From contig JAUVXW010000025.1 of the NCBI GenBank assembly GCA_030603385.1, positions 1-63,884 of the forward strand: a DNA stretch of 63,884 bases, in the 5' to 3' direction. The notes below the pieces were generated by a model. It was given only the letters and a program-made list of their open reading frames with translations. It did no database searches and was not told the DNA's origin. Position 1 is the stretch's first letter. The number at the start of each line of letters is the position of its first letter. Below are positions 1 through 10,524 of this stretch, in pieces. The position numbers were made by a program, and so were the translations under genes. This stretch comes from Promethearchaeota archaeon (lineage in GTDB: Archaea; Asgardarchaeota; Lokiarchaeia; Sigyniarchaeales; SOKP01).

Positions 1-6
1 AGTAGG

Positions 7-1368
7 ATGCATAAAAAAATAGGTGCTAATCTTATAATTTCATATATAGCTAATGCATTGATGGAAAGAAATGTGAAATTATTTCAAACATCAAATAGTT
101 TTCCTATGACTCTTATAAGTATATATGATTATCTAAAAGAAAATTATGATGAATTTTTTCCAGAACGCTCATCTATAGAGTATACATCATTAGAAAAGGA
201 AGAACGCTGGGCAGCGGATAATGAGCAAGCTTATATAATCGGTAGTAGGATACAATTATATGTAATCAAAAATATCTATAACGGAAAATATAATAAAAAT
301 GGAAATTGTCAATGTCCAGAATGCTATAAAGCTGGATTTACTATAAATACAAACTTTTTGAGATTACGAGCCTTACAGTTTAACCATATAAAGGGAAATA
401 AAATTTACTCTTATACAACAAAAACTTTTTATAATTTATTTATAGAAAGCAGAGGAGAACCTTATTTCTTAATCAATTTGATTTCTCAAATGGAAGCTGA
501 AAATGTAGAATTATTATGTACTAATCATCATAATTTACTACATGCAAAATATAATAAAATATTTTTATATCTTATAAACTATAGAGAACTTTTTTCATTA
601 GCCCCTATTTTAATTCATCTAATAATTCGAGAATCAGTAAATAGTCTTTACAAGAATAAAAAAACTCCAGAATTTAAAAAGAGAGTTAGAGAAGCTATCA
701 TAATGGATTTAAAACGAAAATATATCATTGATCAGGCAAATTGTGGTGTATGTCCAATTTGTAATGAGTTTAACACTACCGAACATTTGCCTTCCTTTCA
801 TGGTCATCATTTTGATGAATCTAAAAAAACAAATGATACATCCTATTTTTTCAGATTAGAACTTTCATGTCAGGAGATTGTGGAGATTTTAAAAAAAGAA
901 ACTGTTGGTTTTATATGTGGTAATTGTCATGCAACAATTCAATATTACAAAGATTTTGATGTGTTATTAAGAATCTATGATGATTCTGAAATGGTATCTA
1001 AAATTATAGATAATTATGAATCTGCTCTTGATAAATTTAAAATATTAGATGATAAAAATGTAATGATTCGAGAACCTTTAAAAAAATCATATTTAGTTAA
1101 TGATAATATAATTAGATATTTATTTGCTATTTATGAGATTACGGATAGGGGGATAGAAGCAAGTACTGGTATTATATCAGACTATTTAGGAGTATCTTCT
1201 CGTGCTGTACGCCATTTCTTTTATGACCGATATAATCTTCTCAACCCATTTATTAATATTGTTCAAGGTAGACCTAAGACTTTAAAAAAATATTCTTTAA
1301 CTGATTATGGTAAAAAAACAGTTGCTCTATTACAGCATTTTAAAGATTATTATAATTCCTCACAATAA
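7..1368 (+). CDS. Protein with two HNH-like Cys/His modules and a C-terminal winged HTH (possibly 5'-partial)
   Basis: CQCPEC..LQFNH..LLCTNHH and CPIC..FHGHH..ICGNCH; C-terminal ASTGIISDYLGVSSRAVRH..YSLTDYG resembles a wHTH; frame is open to the window edge. Confidence 0.55.
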   Translation: MHKKIGANLIISYIANALMERNVKLFQTSNSFPMTLISIYDYLKENYDEFFPERSSIEYTSLEKEERWAADNEQAYIIGSRIQLYVIKNIYNGKYNKNGNCQCPECYKAGFTINTNFLRLRALQFNHIKGNKIYSYTTKTFYNLFIESRGEPYFLINLISQMEAENVELLCTNHHNLLHAKYNKIFLYLINYRELFSLAPILIHLIIRESVNSLYKNKKTPEFKKRVREAIIMDLKRKYIIDQANCGVCPICNEFNTTEHLPSFHGHHFDESKKTNDTSYFFRLELSCQEIVEILKKETVGFICGNCHATIQYYKDFDVLLRIYDDSEMVSKIIDNYESALDKFKILDDKNVMIREPLKKSYLVNDNIIRYLFAIYEITDRGIEASTGIISDYLGVSSRAVRHFFYDRYNLLNPFINIVQGRPKTLKKYSLTDYGKKTVALLQHFKDYYNSSQ

Positions 1369-1472
1369 ATGTATTATACTAATATTAGGTCTGTAATGGT
1401 GCAAACTCAATATTTTTACAAACCAACTTTATTATTTAAAATCATTTTGAAAAAAAATTTGTATCTTATTTT

Positions 1473-1883
1473 TTATTTGCTATAGGTAATTAAATCTCTG
1501 CTAGCTATAATGTTAATTTCAAGGCCTAATACATTCTCAATTAAAATATCTCCCATTTTTATAGGCGCGTTAGCTACTGTCTGAGCAATTTCTTTTAAGG
1601 TATCTCTTAATCTATCCTTTGGAATAGGTCTGTCAGATCTGACGGGTATTAATGGTAAAAAACCATTTTCCACTCGTATTGTAGTTGTTAAGATTCTTTT
1701 TGGGGCAATAAATTCTTCTCTTGCGTATTCCTCACCTCTTTTACATGTATGTCCTTCGAGGATTAATTCTCCATTTATATTCTCAACATGAACTAAACAA
1801 CCTGTAGGACATACTATACAACGGATTCCTTTACTTCCTTCTGGAATTTCTGACTCTGACATTATTTTAACCTCTAAAATCAA
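1473..1883 (-). CDS. DUF1667-family CxxC small protein
   Basis: CIVCPTGC..GHTCKRG..P.RILTTT motif; third gene of the oxidoreductase operon. Confidence 0.85.
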   Translation of the reverse strand: MILEVKIMSESEIPEGSKGIRCIVCPTGCLVHVENINGELILEGHTCKRGEEYAREEFIAPKRILTTTIRVENGFLPLIPVRSDRPIPKDRLRDTLKEIAQTVANAPIKMGDILIENVLGLEINIIASRDLITYSK

Positions 1884-3178
1884 TCTTCTTCAATAAGAAC
1901 TTCTGGTCGAGGTATGACCTCTACTTCTATATTGTTACATTTGGGATCGATTTTTAATTCATTTAAACTTAATTTTATTTCGAGCATTTCGCTTGGAATT
2001 ACATATCTTCTCTTTCTTTTATATAAAACCTTGTTATTCTCGTCTTTAAACTGAATTTGAATTCTTCGATCTGGTCTTTTTACTCGAAAAGTAAAAATTA
2101 TATCTTTTTCTAAATCAGATTTATTAATTAAATCGGGTTTTACATAATTAACATTTTCTCCTGCAATGCATTTAATTTGTTCTTTTTTTTCAATCTCTTT
2201 ACCAAATTTTTCTTTAACATATTCAATGGCATTCAATCCCGCTCGTTTTGCTTCAGCAGACACTAAGTCAACTAGATCATGGACTTGTAATACATTTCCG
2301 CATGCGAACACACCATCAATTGTAGTTTCTAAATTGTTATCCACCACAGGACCTCCTATTTCCGAAATTTTAGCACCTGCTTCGCGTGTTAACTCGTTTT
2401 CAGGGATTAAGCCAACAGATAATAATAAGGTATCACATTCGATAAATTTTTCAGAGCCTATTACCCGATCGAAGTTGCGATCTACCTTACTTACTGTTAC
2501 GCCTTGTACTCTATCTTTCCCATGAATTTTTGTAACTGTGTAGCTTGTAATAAGGGGAATTCCATAATCTTCTAGACATTGTACTTCATTTCTTATTAAC
2601 CCACTCACATAAGGTTGAATCTCAACAACAGCCTTAACTTGACATCCTTCCCAAGTTAAACGCCGTGCTATAATCATACCAATATCTCCACTTCCTAAAA
2701 TAACATAACTTCTACCAGGTAAATAACCTTCAATATTGACAAATCTTTGAGCTTGTCCTGCGGTATATATTCCAGCAGGTCGAAAACCAGGTATGTTAAT
2801 TGCACCTCTAGTTTTTTCACGACATCCCATTGCAAGTATTATTGCTTTAGTTTTAATTTCTATGAGTCCTTCTTTATTGTTTACCGCATAAATTACTTTA
2901 TCTGAAGTAATTTCAATTACCATGGTATCTAATTTATAAGCAATATCTAATTCTAAAGCTTGGTTGATAAATCTTTGAACATATTCAGGTCCTGTTAATT
3001 CTTCTTTAAACTCATGGAGACCAAATCCATTATGAATACACTGGAGAGTAATTCCTCCTAATTCTTTATCTCTTTCTAATATTAATACATTTAAATCCGC
3101 TTTTTTAACAACAATAGCAGCAGCTAAACCCGCAGAACCTCCACCAATTACAGCAACATCTACGCTATATTTTTTCAT
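1880..3178 (-). CDS. NAD(P)/FAD-dependent oxidoreductase (pyridine nucleotide-disulfide family)
   Basis: GGGSAG Rossmann motif, GGITLQCIHNGFG, GSGDIG, FACGN; 4-nt overlaps with both neighbours. Confidence 0.9.
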   Translation of the reverse strand: MKKYSVDVAVIGGGSAGLAAAIVVKKADLNVLILERDKELGGITLQCIHNGFGLHEFKEELTGPEYVQRFINQALELDIAYKLDTMVIEITSDKVIYAVNNKEGLIEIKTKAIILAMGCREKTRGAINIPGFRPAGIYTAGQAQRFVNIEGYLPGRSYVILGSGDIGMIIARRLTWEGCQVKAVVEIQPYVSGLIRNEVQCLEDYGIPLITSYTVTKIHGKDRVQGVTVSKVDRNFDRVIGSEKFIECDTLLLSVGLIPENELTREAGAKISEIGGPVVDNNLETTIDGVFACGNVLQVHDLVDLVSAEAKRAGLNAIEYVKEKFGKEIEKKEQIKCIAGENVNYVKPDLINKSDLEKDIIFTFRVKRPDRRIQIQFKDENNKVLYKRKRRYVIPSEMLEIKLSLNELKIDPKCNNIEVEVIPRPEVLIEED

Positions 3179-4647
3179 TCTTTACTGACGCCTCTTGATA
3201 TCTCTTTTAAAGCGATGTCTTTCGTTCTTCCGATTAATATGTTTGTATCTTCTCCTCTTTTGGTAATTTCTTCATACGGTTTGTTCAGTTCCCTTGAAAG
3301 TATTTCGATAACCCGTGGACGGCAGAAGCCGCCTTGACATCTACCCATACCGGGTCTACAACGAAACTTAATACCATCAACTGTATTAGCACCAACTGGG
3401 GCATGGATAGCATCAATTATTTCCTTTTCAGGTATTGTTTCACAGCGACAAATAATTCTTCCCCATCTTGGATCTTCTTGGATTTTTTTATCAAGGTCTT
3501 CCTTAGTGAAATCTTTGAATCGTTCAGGTTTGGGACGAATTGGGTTATAATCGTCTCTTACATTTAACTCAACTCCTAATAATTCAAGAAATTCAACAAC
3601 TTTCTCAGCTATGGCGAATGTTGCTGTTAACCCAGGGGAAAGAATGCCCGCGACATTTATAAAAGCATAAATATCAGTATTGTCTATAATAAAATCGTAT
3701 GTATCTGGTACAGCTCTTAAACCCGCAAAATTTCTAATTGAACTTCTTAAAGGAAGATTTGGAACTAACTTTCTCCCACCATCTAGAATTTCTTTTAGGC
3801 CTGCTGTAGTAGTTGAAATATCTTCACGATCAGTTATATTTTGTGCATTTGGACCAGCAAAAGTATTTCCATGTAATGTGGGGCACACTAAAATTCCTTT
3901 CGAAACTCTAGTGGGCATTGGGAAGAGAATCTTGTTGAGATGAATAGCATTTCTATCAAATAAAACATATTCTCCCTTTCTTGGCATTATACTGAAATAA
4001 TCTAAACCTAACATTTTAGAAATCCTTGCAGCATGAAGTCCTGCTGCATTAATGAGATTCCCTGCTTGAAATTCTCCTTGATATGTCCTTACAGTAAACG
4101 TATATTCTTGATGCTTGATTTTAACAACTTCATGATTCCTAAAAAATTTCACTCCATTAGTAGCAGCATTTTCTGCCAACGCAAAAGTTAATTCGTATGG
4201 GCTAACAAGACCAGCAGAGGGGGCATGTAAAACACCCACAACATCATCCGTTAGGTTAGGTTCCATTTCTTTTATCTTTTTCTTATCCAAAATCAGTTCT
4301 AAACCGGGTATACCATCTTCAGTTCCTTTTTTTCTTTCTTCGCCTAATTCTTTAATCTGATTATCTTCTAGAGCAACCACAAACGAACCAATCCTTTCAA
4401 ATGGAAAATTTAATTCCTTTGCGGCTTGAGTGTACGATTTATTTCCTTTGATACATAAATATCGTTTAGTATACTCTCTTTGAGCGGCATAACCTGCATG
4501 AACCACGCCAGAATTTCCCTTAGTTGTACCAGAAGCGATCTCAGCTTCCTTTTCTATTACACATATATTTAGGTCATACTTTGAAAGCGTACGAGCTATA
4601 GAGCACCCAGTAACACCACCACCTATAATTATGACATCATATATCAA
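3175..4647 (-). CDS. FAD-dependent oxidoreductase with C-terminal BFD-like [2Fe-2S] domain (GlpA/LhgO-like)
   Basis: IIGGGVTG, TKGNSGVVHAG, CRCE and GMGRCQGGFC motifs. Confidence 0.9.
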   Translation of the reverse strand: MIYDVIIIGGGVTGCSIARTLSKYDLNICVIEKEAEIASGTTKGNSGVVHAGYAAQREYTKRYLCIKGNKSYTQAAKELNFPFERIGSFVVALEDNQIKELGEERKKGTEDGIPGLELILDKKKIKEMEPNLTDDVVGVLHAPSAGLVSPYELTFALAENAATNGVKFFRNHEVVKIKHQEYTFTVRTYQGEFQAGNLINAAGLHAARISKMLGLDYFSIMPRKGEYVLFDRNAIHLNKILFPMPTRVSKGILVCPTLHGNTFAGPNAQNITDREDISTTTAGLKEILDGGRKLVPNLPLRSSIRNFAGLRAVPDTYDFIIDNTDIYAFINVAGILSPGLTATFAIAEKVVEFLELLGVELNVRDDYNPIRPKPERFKDFTKEDLDKKIQEDPRWGRIICRCETIPEKEIIDAIHAPVGANTVDGIKFRCRPGMGRCQGGFCRPRVIEILSRELNKPYEEITKRGEDTNILIGRTKDIALKEISRGVSKE

Positions 4648-4792
4648 ATATTTGATACCCTTTTTACTAAAATTTTTTCTTGAATTACTGTTATAAGTTA
4701 CAAATTCTAATCTTGAAAAATTTAAATATCTTTTAAATTTATTAAAGGGAAAATGCTGATAATTTTTTTATAAGGTAGGAATTACTTTTCCT

Positions 4793-5149
4793 TTAAAAAA
4801 GATAAATTGAGAGAAACCAAATAAGATTAAAAATAATGGCTGAGATTATCAAGATTTTAGTTACTGGATTGAAAATCGTATTTTTTATTGAATTTGTTAG
4901 TTTCAATTCATTTTCACTTGCTAGTATGTTTTCAACTTGGCGATAATTAGGATTCATTTCCTTTTTCAAGTGAATCGAGCCTAAAAATCTTGGATTCGAT
5001 AATTTTTTAATAAGATAGTCTAAATTATTTGAGGGAACAAAACTATTCTTGGTAATTGAACTATAGTCTCTTGAGGTATCAAGATTACTTGGTCGATCTA
5101 AGGATCCTTTGTTTTTAATAGTCTTTTTATTGTTTTCTATTTCTTTCAT
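4793..5149 (-). CDS. Hypothetical protein with a C-terminal transmembrane anchor
   Basis: Polar N-terminus; hydrophobic tail ILIISAIIFNLIWFLSIYLF. Confidence 0.65.
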   Translation of the reverse strand: MKEIENNKKTIKNKGSLDRPSNLDTSRDYSSITKNSFVPSNNLDYLIKKLSNPRFLGSIHLKKEMNPNYRQVENILASENELKLTNSIKNTIFNPVTKILIISAIIFNLIWFLSIYLF

Positions 5150-5274
5150 GCTTTTTTCATTAATACTATATCTGAATTATCTTAAATTTTTTATGGTTAT
5201 GAGAATAAAATTCAAAATATTCAAGAAATTGGCATAAAAATATGTTAATCTATACTAATAAAGGTATAGAAAGA

Positions 5275-5667
5275 CTATTTCATGTTATCTTCTAATGAAT
5301 CCCTAATTACGTTTTTAAAAGTTTCAAAGAGTCCAACATCAGAATCCCATTTTTTTAACGTTTCTTCAGGATATAACTCAAAGAACTTATCGGAAATATC
5401 TCTTAATTCACTAAATATTTTTTTTGCTTTTATTTTGTTAGAAGAACTTGCAACAAAAAGAAATTTATTTCTTTTAACTATTGAAAAACGAATTTGGCTT
5501 AATTCAAAATTAGACATCCCTTCCTCAGTTAGTTTTTCGGCAAAAGTATTTAATGCACTCATGAGCGCTCCAAACAATTGTGGATTAACTCTTGGATCAA
5601 TTACTCTACTATAAACAGTTGTACCGCTTTCAGTTAAAATCCATAAATCTCTTAATACTTTCGCCAT
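5275..5667 (-). CDS. Longin-like domain protein
   Basis: LWILTESGTTVYSR..LFGALMSALNTFA..L.DI.DKFFELY..W pattern typical of Asgard longin-like proteins. Confidence 0.7.
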   Translation of the reverse strand: MAKVLRDLWILTESGTTVYSRVIDPRVNPQLFGALMSALNTFAEKLTEEGMSNFELSQIRFSIVKRNKFLFVASSSNKIKAKKIFSELRDISDKFFELYPEETLKKWDSDVGLFETFKNVIRDSLEDNMK

Positions 5668-5833
5668 AGTAATTCCCTAAAAATAGAATTATTCTTATTC
5701 ATAACTATTATTTTTTTTCTTAATTAAGATAACTATCGATTAATTTTAAAATTATTTTTCGAAACAATAAAATATAACTTAAATTGTTTAAGAAAATATA
5801 GTAAGGCATTAAACTAAGTTTTTATCAATTGAA

Positions 5834-7576
5834 ATGAGCTACAATAAAATCTCTGATTTTTTACTTGAAACATTTAAAAAAATCGTTGGAGAAAATTCCT
5901 TTTTTACTCAGTATGAAATCAGATGGACTTACGCTTTTGGGGGTTCAATTTTTAATAAAGAATGGATTCCGGATCTGATTTTAATACCACAAAATTCAAA
6001 ACAAATCTCTGAAATTCTAAAATTAGCTAATGAGAATAAGATTGCTATAACACCTCGGGGTAGTGGAACGAGCTTATCATCAGGTTCATTAACCCCTTAT
6101 GGTGGTATAGTATTAGATTTAAGTCAAATGAATAGAATACTTACTATTGATATTATAAATAATTTAGTAGAAGTTGAACCTGGAGTAATATGTGATGAAT
6201 TGAATGAAATTTTGAAGCCCCATGAATATTTTTTTCCTCCAGATCCAGGTTCAAGTTCAGTTTGTACTATAGGCGGTATGGTTGCCAGTAATGCTGGAGG
6301 AATTCAGGCTTTTAAATATGGGGTTACAAAAAATTATGTTTTATATTTAGAAGTTGTTTTAGCCAATGGAAAAATTCTAAATTTAGGATCAAAAGTACTT
6401 AAATCTGTGTCTTCTTATAATTTGAAAGATCTTTTTATAGGCTCTGAAGGATCTTTAGGAATTATAACAAAAATAGGCTTGAGAATTCGACCTTTACCCA
6501 AAACAAGAAAACTAGGGTTTTTTATCTTTGAAAATGTTGATGATTTAAGAGATGCTGTTATTGAAATAAGAAAACAGGGAATTGTACCAAATCTATTAGA
6601 ATTTATGGATAAACTTATATTAAAAGCAGTAACCGAATTTTTGGGTGGAGATTTTTTTGACTTCCCCAATGGATATGTGTTATTGGCAGAAGTAGACGGA
6701 GATTCTAACAGGGAAGTTGAGGAAAAATTTTCAATTATGCTAGACCTTATCATTCAAAAAAACCCCATTTTCTATAAAATTGCGAAAACGGAAGAGGAAA
6801 GAGAAAGATTAATACTTGCAAGGAAATCAAATCTTCCAGCACTTTCTAGAATAAGGCCAAACACTTGTGTTGAAGATTGCACTATACAACTTTCAGATTT
6901 TTCAGAAGTCATAAAGAAAATTGAAGAAATCCCTAAAAAAATTAAAGCTAAAAATCTATTAGTTGCAACCATATGTCATATGGAAGGAAATTTACACCCT
7001 ACTTTTTTATTTAACGAGAATGATGCGGAAGACATAAAAGATTTTGAAAAAGCCGTTGATTATTTGTACAAGGAAATAATTATTCCTGTTGGAGGAACTT
7101 TAACTGGAGAACATGGAATAGGAAAGATGAAAACCCTATATCTTGAATTTGAACATGGGGCTGACGTTGTTAATTTAATGTCTGAAATTAAGATGTTTTT
7201 TGATCCTAAAAGAATTTTAAACCCTGGAATAGGGAAAGGAGATGATAGGTTACTAAAAAAATTAAGCCATAGACGAAAGCTTAAAAATAAATCCAATGAA
7301 TTATTAGAATTAAAATGCATGAGATGTGGATTTTGTATAACTAAATGTCCATCAAAAATCCACCACTTAATTGAACCGTACAGCCCAAGAGGAAGACTTA
7401 GTATTTTGAATGGATTAGCTCATGGGGAATTGGAATTAAACGATTTTATAACAGAGATTTTACAAACTTGTACATTATGTGCTCTCTGTGATACTGTATG
7501 TCCTGCAGGGATAAGAACTTCTGAAATATTTGAAAAAGCCCGAGAAATTGTTCATAAATCTGAGGGAAAAAAATGA
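5834..7576 (+). CDS. FAD-linked 2-hydroxyacid oxidase (GlcD/D-lactate dehydrogenase-like) fused to a 4Fe-4S dicluster domain
   Basis: PRGSGTSLS, FPPDPGS, GSEG.LG, GNLH, TGEHGIG; C-terminal CMRCGFC..CP and CTLCALCDTVCP. Confidence 0.9.
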   Translation: MSYNKISDFLLETFKKIVGENSFFTQYEIRWTYAFGGSIFNKEWIPDLILIPQNSKQISEILKLANENKIAITPRGSGTSLSSGSLTPYGGIVLDLSQMNRILTIDIINNLVEVEPGVICDELNEILKPHEYFFPPDPGSSSVCTIGGMVASNAGGIQAFKYGVTKNYVLYLEVVLANGKILNLGSKVLKSVSSYNLKDLFIGSEGSLGIITKIGLRIRPLPKTRKLGFFIFENVDDLRDAVIEIRKQGIVPNLLEFMDKLILKAVTEFLGGDFFDFPNGYVLLAEVDGDSNREVEEKFSIMLDLIIQKNPIFYKIAKTEEERERLILARKSNLPALSRIRPNTCVEDCTIQLSDFSEVIKKIEEIPKKIKAKNLLVATICHMEGNLHPTFLFNENDAEDIKDFEKAVDYLYKEIIIPVGGTLTGEHGIGKMKTLYLEFEHGADVVNLMSEIKMFFDPKRILNPGIGKGDDRLLKKLSHRRKLKNKSNELLELKCMRCGFCITKCPSKIHHLIEPYSPRGRLSILNGLAHGELELNDFITEILQTCTLCALCDTVCPAGIRTSEIFEKAREIVHKSEGKK

Positions 7577-8850
7577 AGATTGATTATGGTAAGAATGGGT
7601 TAGAATTATCTCTTGAACCATCATGGAACGTCACAGTTTTAAGACCAAAAGAACAGAAGAGATTAGTAGATCCTATAACGAGAATCAGAGAAGCCATCAA
7701 GAACCCTCTTGAAAGTGAATCACTATATGATATGATAAAATTCAAGAAAGATCTGAATAGAATCTGCGTTGTCGTATCAGACTCAACTAGACCTGTGCCA
7801 TCTAATATAATTCTGGAAGCATTAGTCAAAGAATTAAATGAATATGGGATCCAAGACAATCAAATCTTAATTTTAATAGCGACAGGTTTACATAGGCCTT
7901 CTAGAGAAGATGAATTAGAAAGAATTTTAGGAAATGACTTAAAGGATAGATTAAAAACTATTGATCATGTAGCTTCTGATAAGAATTCACTTAAATATTT
8001 AGGAAATACAATAGATGATGTCCCAATTTATATTAATAAATACTATTGCGAAAGCGATTTAAAAATTTTAACGGGTTATGTCGAACCCCATTTTTTTTTT
8101 GGTTTTAGTGGGGGAAGGAAAGCTCTTGTCCCAGGTATCGCAGGTAAAGTAACTATTCAAGCAAATCATTCTGCTAAGAATATAGCTTCTCGTAATTCAC
8201 GTTTTGGGATATACAAAAACAATATAATGCATATAAATGCAATTGAGATTGCAAAATTAGTAGGCGTGGATTTTGCAATTAACACTTGCATAAATGAAAA
8301 ACATGAAATTGTAAAAGTAGCTGCAGGAAATTTTGAAAAAGTTCATGAAGAACTGGTTGATTACCAACTAAAACATATTTTCGAAGAAATAAAAGAACCG
8401 TATGATATAATTGTATGCGGAAATGGAGGATATCCATTAGACTTAAACTTGTATCAAGCAGTTAAAAGTATGGCGATAGGTGAAATAGCGGTAAAAAAAG
8501 GTGGAACTATTATTTCTGTAAATGAATGTGCTGAGGGTATTGGAATAGGTCAAGAAAAGTTTAAAGAATTAATTTTCTCAAGAATGAATCCGAAGATACT
8601 CTATGATAAAATTCTGAAAAGAGAAATCGTGGCACCGGATCAATGGGAAATCCAAATATTATCTCGAATTCTCATGAAGGCAGAAATAATTATAGTTTCT
8701 AGCTTAAATGAAAATGAAATAGGAAATATTGGCTTAAAATACGCAAAAACTGTGGAGGATGGAATAAAGATGGTATTAAAAAAAGCTGATTTAAATGCTA
8801 AAGTACTTATCCTGCCGAATGGACCTCAAATTCTTCCTATCTTAAAATAG
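7573..8850 (+). CDS. larA: Nickel-dependent lactate racemase family protein
   Basis: SDSTRP, ATGLHR, EPHFFFGFSGGRK, GGYPLDLNLYQAVK, DQW motifs. Confidence 0.9.
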   Translation: MKIDYGKNGLELSLEPSWNVTVLRPKEQKRLVDPITRIREAIKNPLESESLYDMIKFKKDLNRICVVVSDSTRPVPSNIILEALVKELNEYGIQDNQILILIATGLHRPSREDELERILGNDLKDRLKTIDHVASDKNSLKYLGNTIDDVPIYINKYYCESDLKILTGYVEPHFFFGFSGGRKALVPGIAGKVTIQANHSAKNIASRNSRFGIYKNNIMHINAIEIAKLVGVDFAINTCINEKHEIVKVAAGNFEKVHEELVDYQLKHIFEEIKEPYDIIVCGNGGYPLDLNLYQAVKSMAIGEIAVKKGGTIISVNECAEGIGIGQEKFKELIFSRMNPKILYDKILKREIVAPDQWEIQILSRILMKAEIIIVSSLNENEIGNIGLKYAKTVEDGIKMVLKKADLNAKVLILPNGPQILPILK

Positions 8851-9268
8851 ATTTAATAAACTTGTTTATGCGATTTTGATTGTTTATTAAATGAAATCAA
8901 ATTTTCCTTTATTTTTTCGAAAGATTTTTGTATCTTTACCATTAGTTTTTTTTATGTTCTCTAAGCTAAATGACTGAGTTTTCTAATGACACCCAAATTT
9001 ACCTATAAATTATAAATCCCATTAAAATCCCCGTTTTTCGTATGTACGGCGACATATAACAAATCTGTATAAAAAAGCTTATATATACATGACTGACTTA
9101 TAATTCAATATCAAGAAAAGATTCTACAAAGATCATACTTATGATTAATAGAAATTAAAATTATATACATAAATGATCTCAAGAATATTGAAACAAAAAG
9201 AAATTGTAGCTAAAAGATCAATCACACGATCACTACATCATCTAAAACAAAAATTTTTACACAAGTGA

Positions 9269-10207
9269 ATGAAAATGAGTAATTATAAAGATAGACTTCG
9301 CTCAACAAAAATTAATTCGGAAGAGGATAGCTGTAGTTCAAATGCTACATGTTGCGATAACCCATGTATTGAGCCACAAGATGGAGATGCTGTCTGTACA
9401 AATTGCGGTATGATTCTTGGACGCAATCTTGTAGGGAATGAACGCAGAGCATATACCGTAGAAGAAGTAAATAAACGAAGACGAACTGAGCCTCGATGGC
9501 GTGAGTTCGGACCACGTACTATGCTCCCTAACAGCAAAATTGATTCGAAAGGAAGACTTATTAATGCCCGTGGTAAAACCCTATTTTCAAGATTGTCAAA
9601 GATCCAAAATTCGTTAATCTCAAGCATCGAAAGGAATTTCTGGGAAGCTAAGCCCAAACTTAAAATGCTTACGAGCAAGATGAATATCCCAGAATACATA
9701 AAAGAAACAGCCTGGAAGATCTATTCTGTAGTAGCCAAAAAGAAATTAACGATGGGAAGATCCATTGATGGTTTCATTGCTGCTTCCTTATATGCAGCAA
9801 TTAGAGTTCATGAATTTCCTCGATTACTTGAGGAGGTTTGCGAAGCTTCAATGACCCCAAGAAGAACTGTTCACCGTTCTTTAGGTATGGTTGTAAAAGA
9901 AGTACTTCCTGAGTTGAACCTTAAATATAAGCCGATCACTGCAGAGCAGCTTGTATTTCGGTTCGGGAATGACCTTGGATTACCAATGGAAACCCAGAAA
10001 AAGGCGATTAACATGCTAGTACAAGCATCTAGAAATGGTTTACTACGCACTGGTAAAGATCCAAAAGGGTTAGCCGCAAGTGTCATTTATATGGCAGCTA
10101 AAGCAGGAAATCATCGCAAGACTCAAGCAGAAGTTAGTTTAGTGGCGAAGGTCACAGAAGTGACACTTAGGAGCCGTTCTAAGCAAATTAAGAATAAGCT
10201 TCAGTAA
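9269..10207 (+). CDS. tfb: Transcription initiation factor IIB (TFB)
   Basis: N-terminal Zn ribbon (CC..C..CTNCG); two cyclin repeats with GRSI..AASLY, GKDPKGLAAS, VTEVTLRSR. Confidence 0.95.
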   Translation: MKMSNYKDRLRSTKINSEEDSCSSNATCCDNPCIEPQDGDAVCTNCGMILGRNLVGNERRAYTVEEVNKRRRTEPRWREFGPRTMLPNSKIDSKGRLINARGKTLFSRLSKIQNSLISSIERNFWEAKPKLKMLTSKMNIPEYIKETAWKIYSVVAKKKLTMGRSIDGFIAASLYAAIRVHEFPRLLEEVCEASMTPRRTVHRSLGMVVKEVLPELNLKYKPITAEQLVFRFGNDLGLPMETQKKAINMLVQASRNGLLRTGKDPKGLAASVIYMAAKAGNHRKTQAEVSLVAKVTEVTLRSRSKQIKNKLQ

Positions 10208-10524
10208 TCTGGCAGAATTAATAGGTTTAATTTAAAAACCGAGTAAACAAAACAAATATTTTCTTATTTTTTTCTTCTTTTAATTCTAATTCCTTAAAAC
10301 CTTAATCTTTATATTAATTTAGACAAGGAATAAGATTAATATTACCAGAAGTGTTTAATCATAGATTTTTTTGGCATTATAATAGGATTTATAAGAATAT
10401 ACTTTAAATTTTAATACAAAATCTCTAATTAATTTTGTATTCAATTGTACGTTTTAATTAGCTTTTTCTCAGAGTTATTTGAAAAATTAACATTATATAG
10501 GTGCATTTTTATCTATTTTACTGT

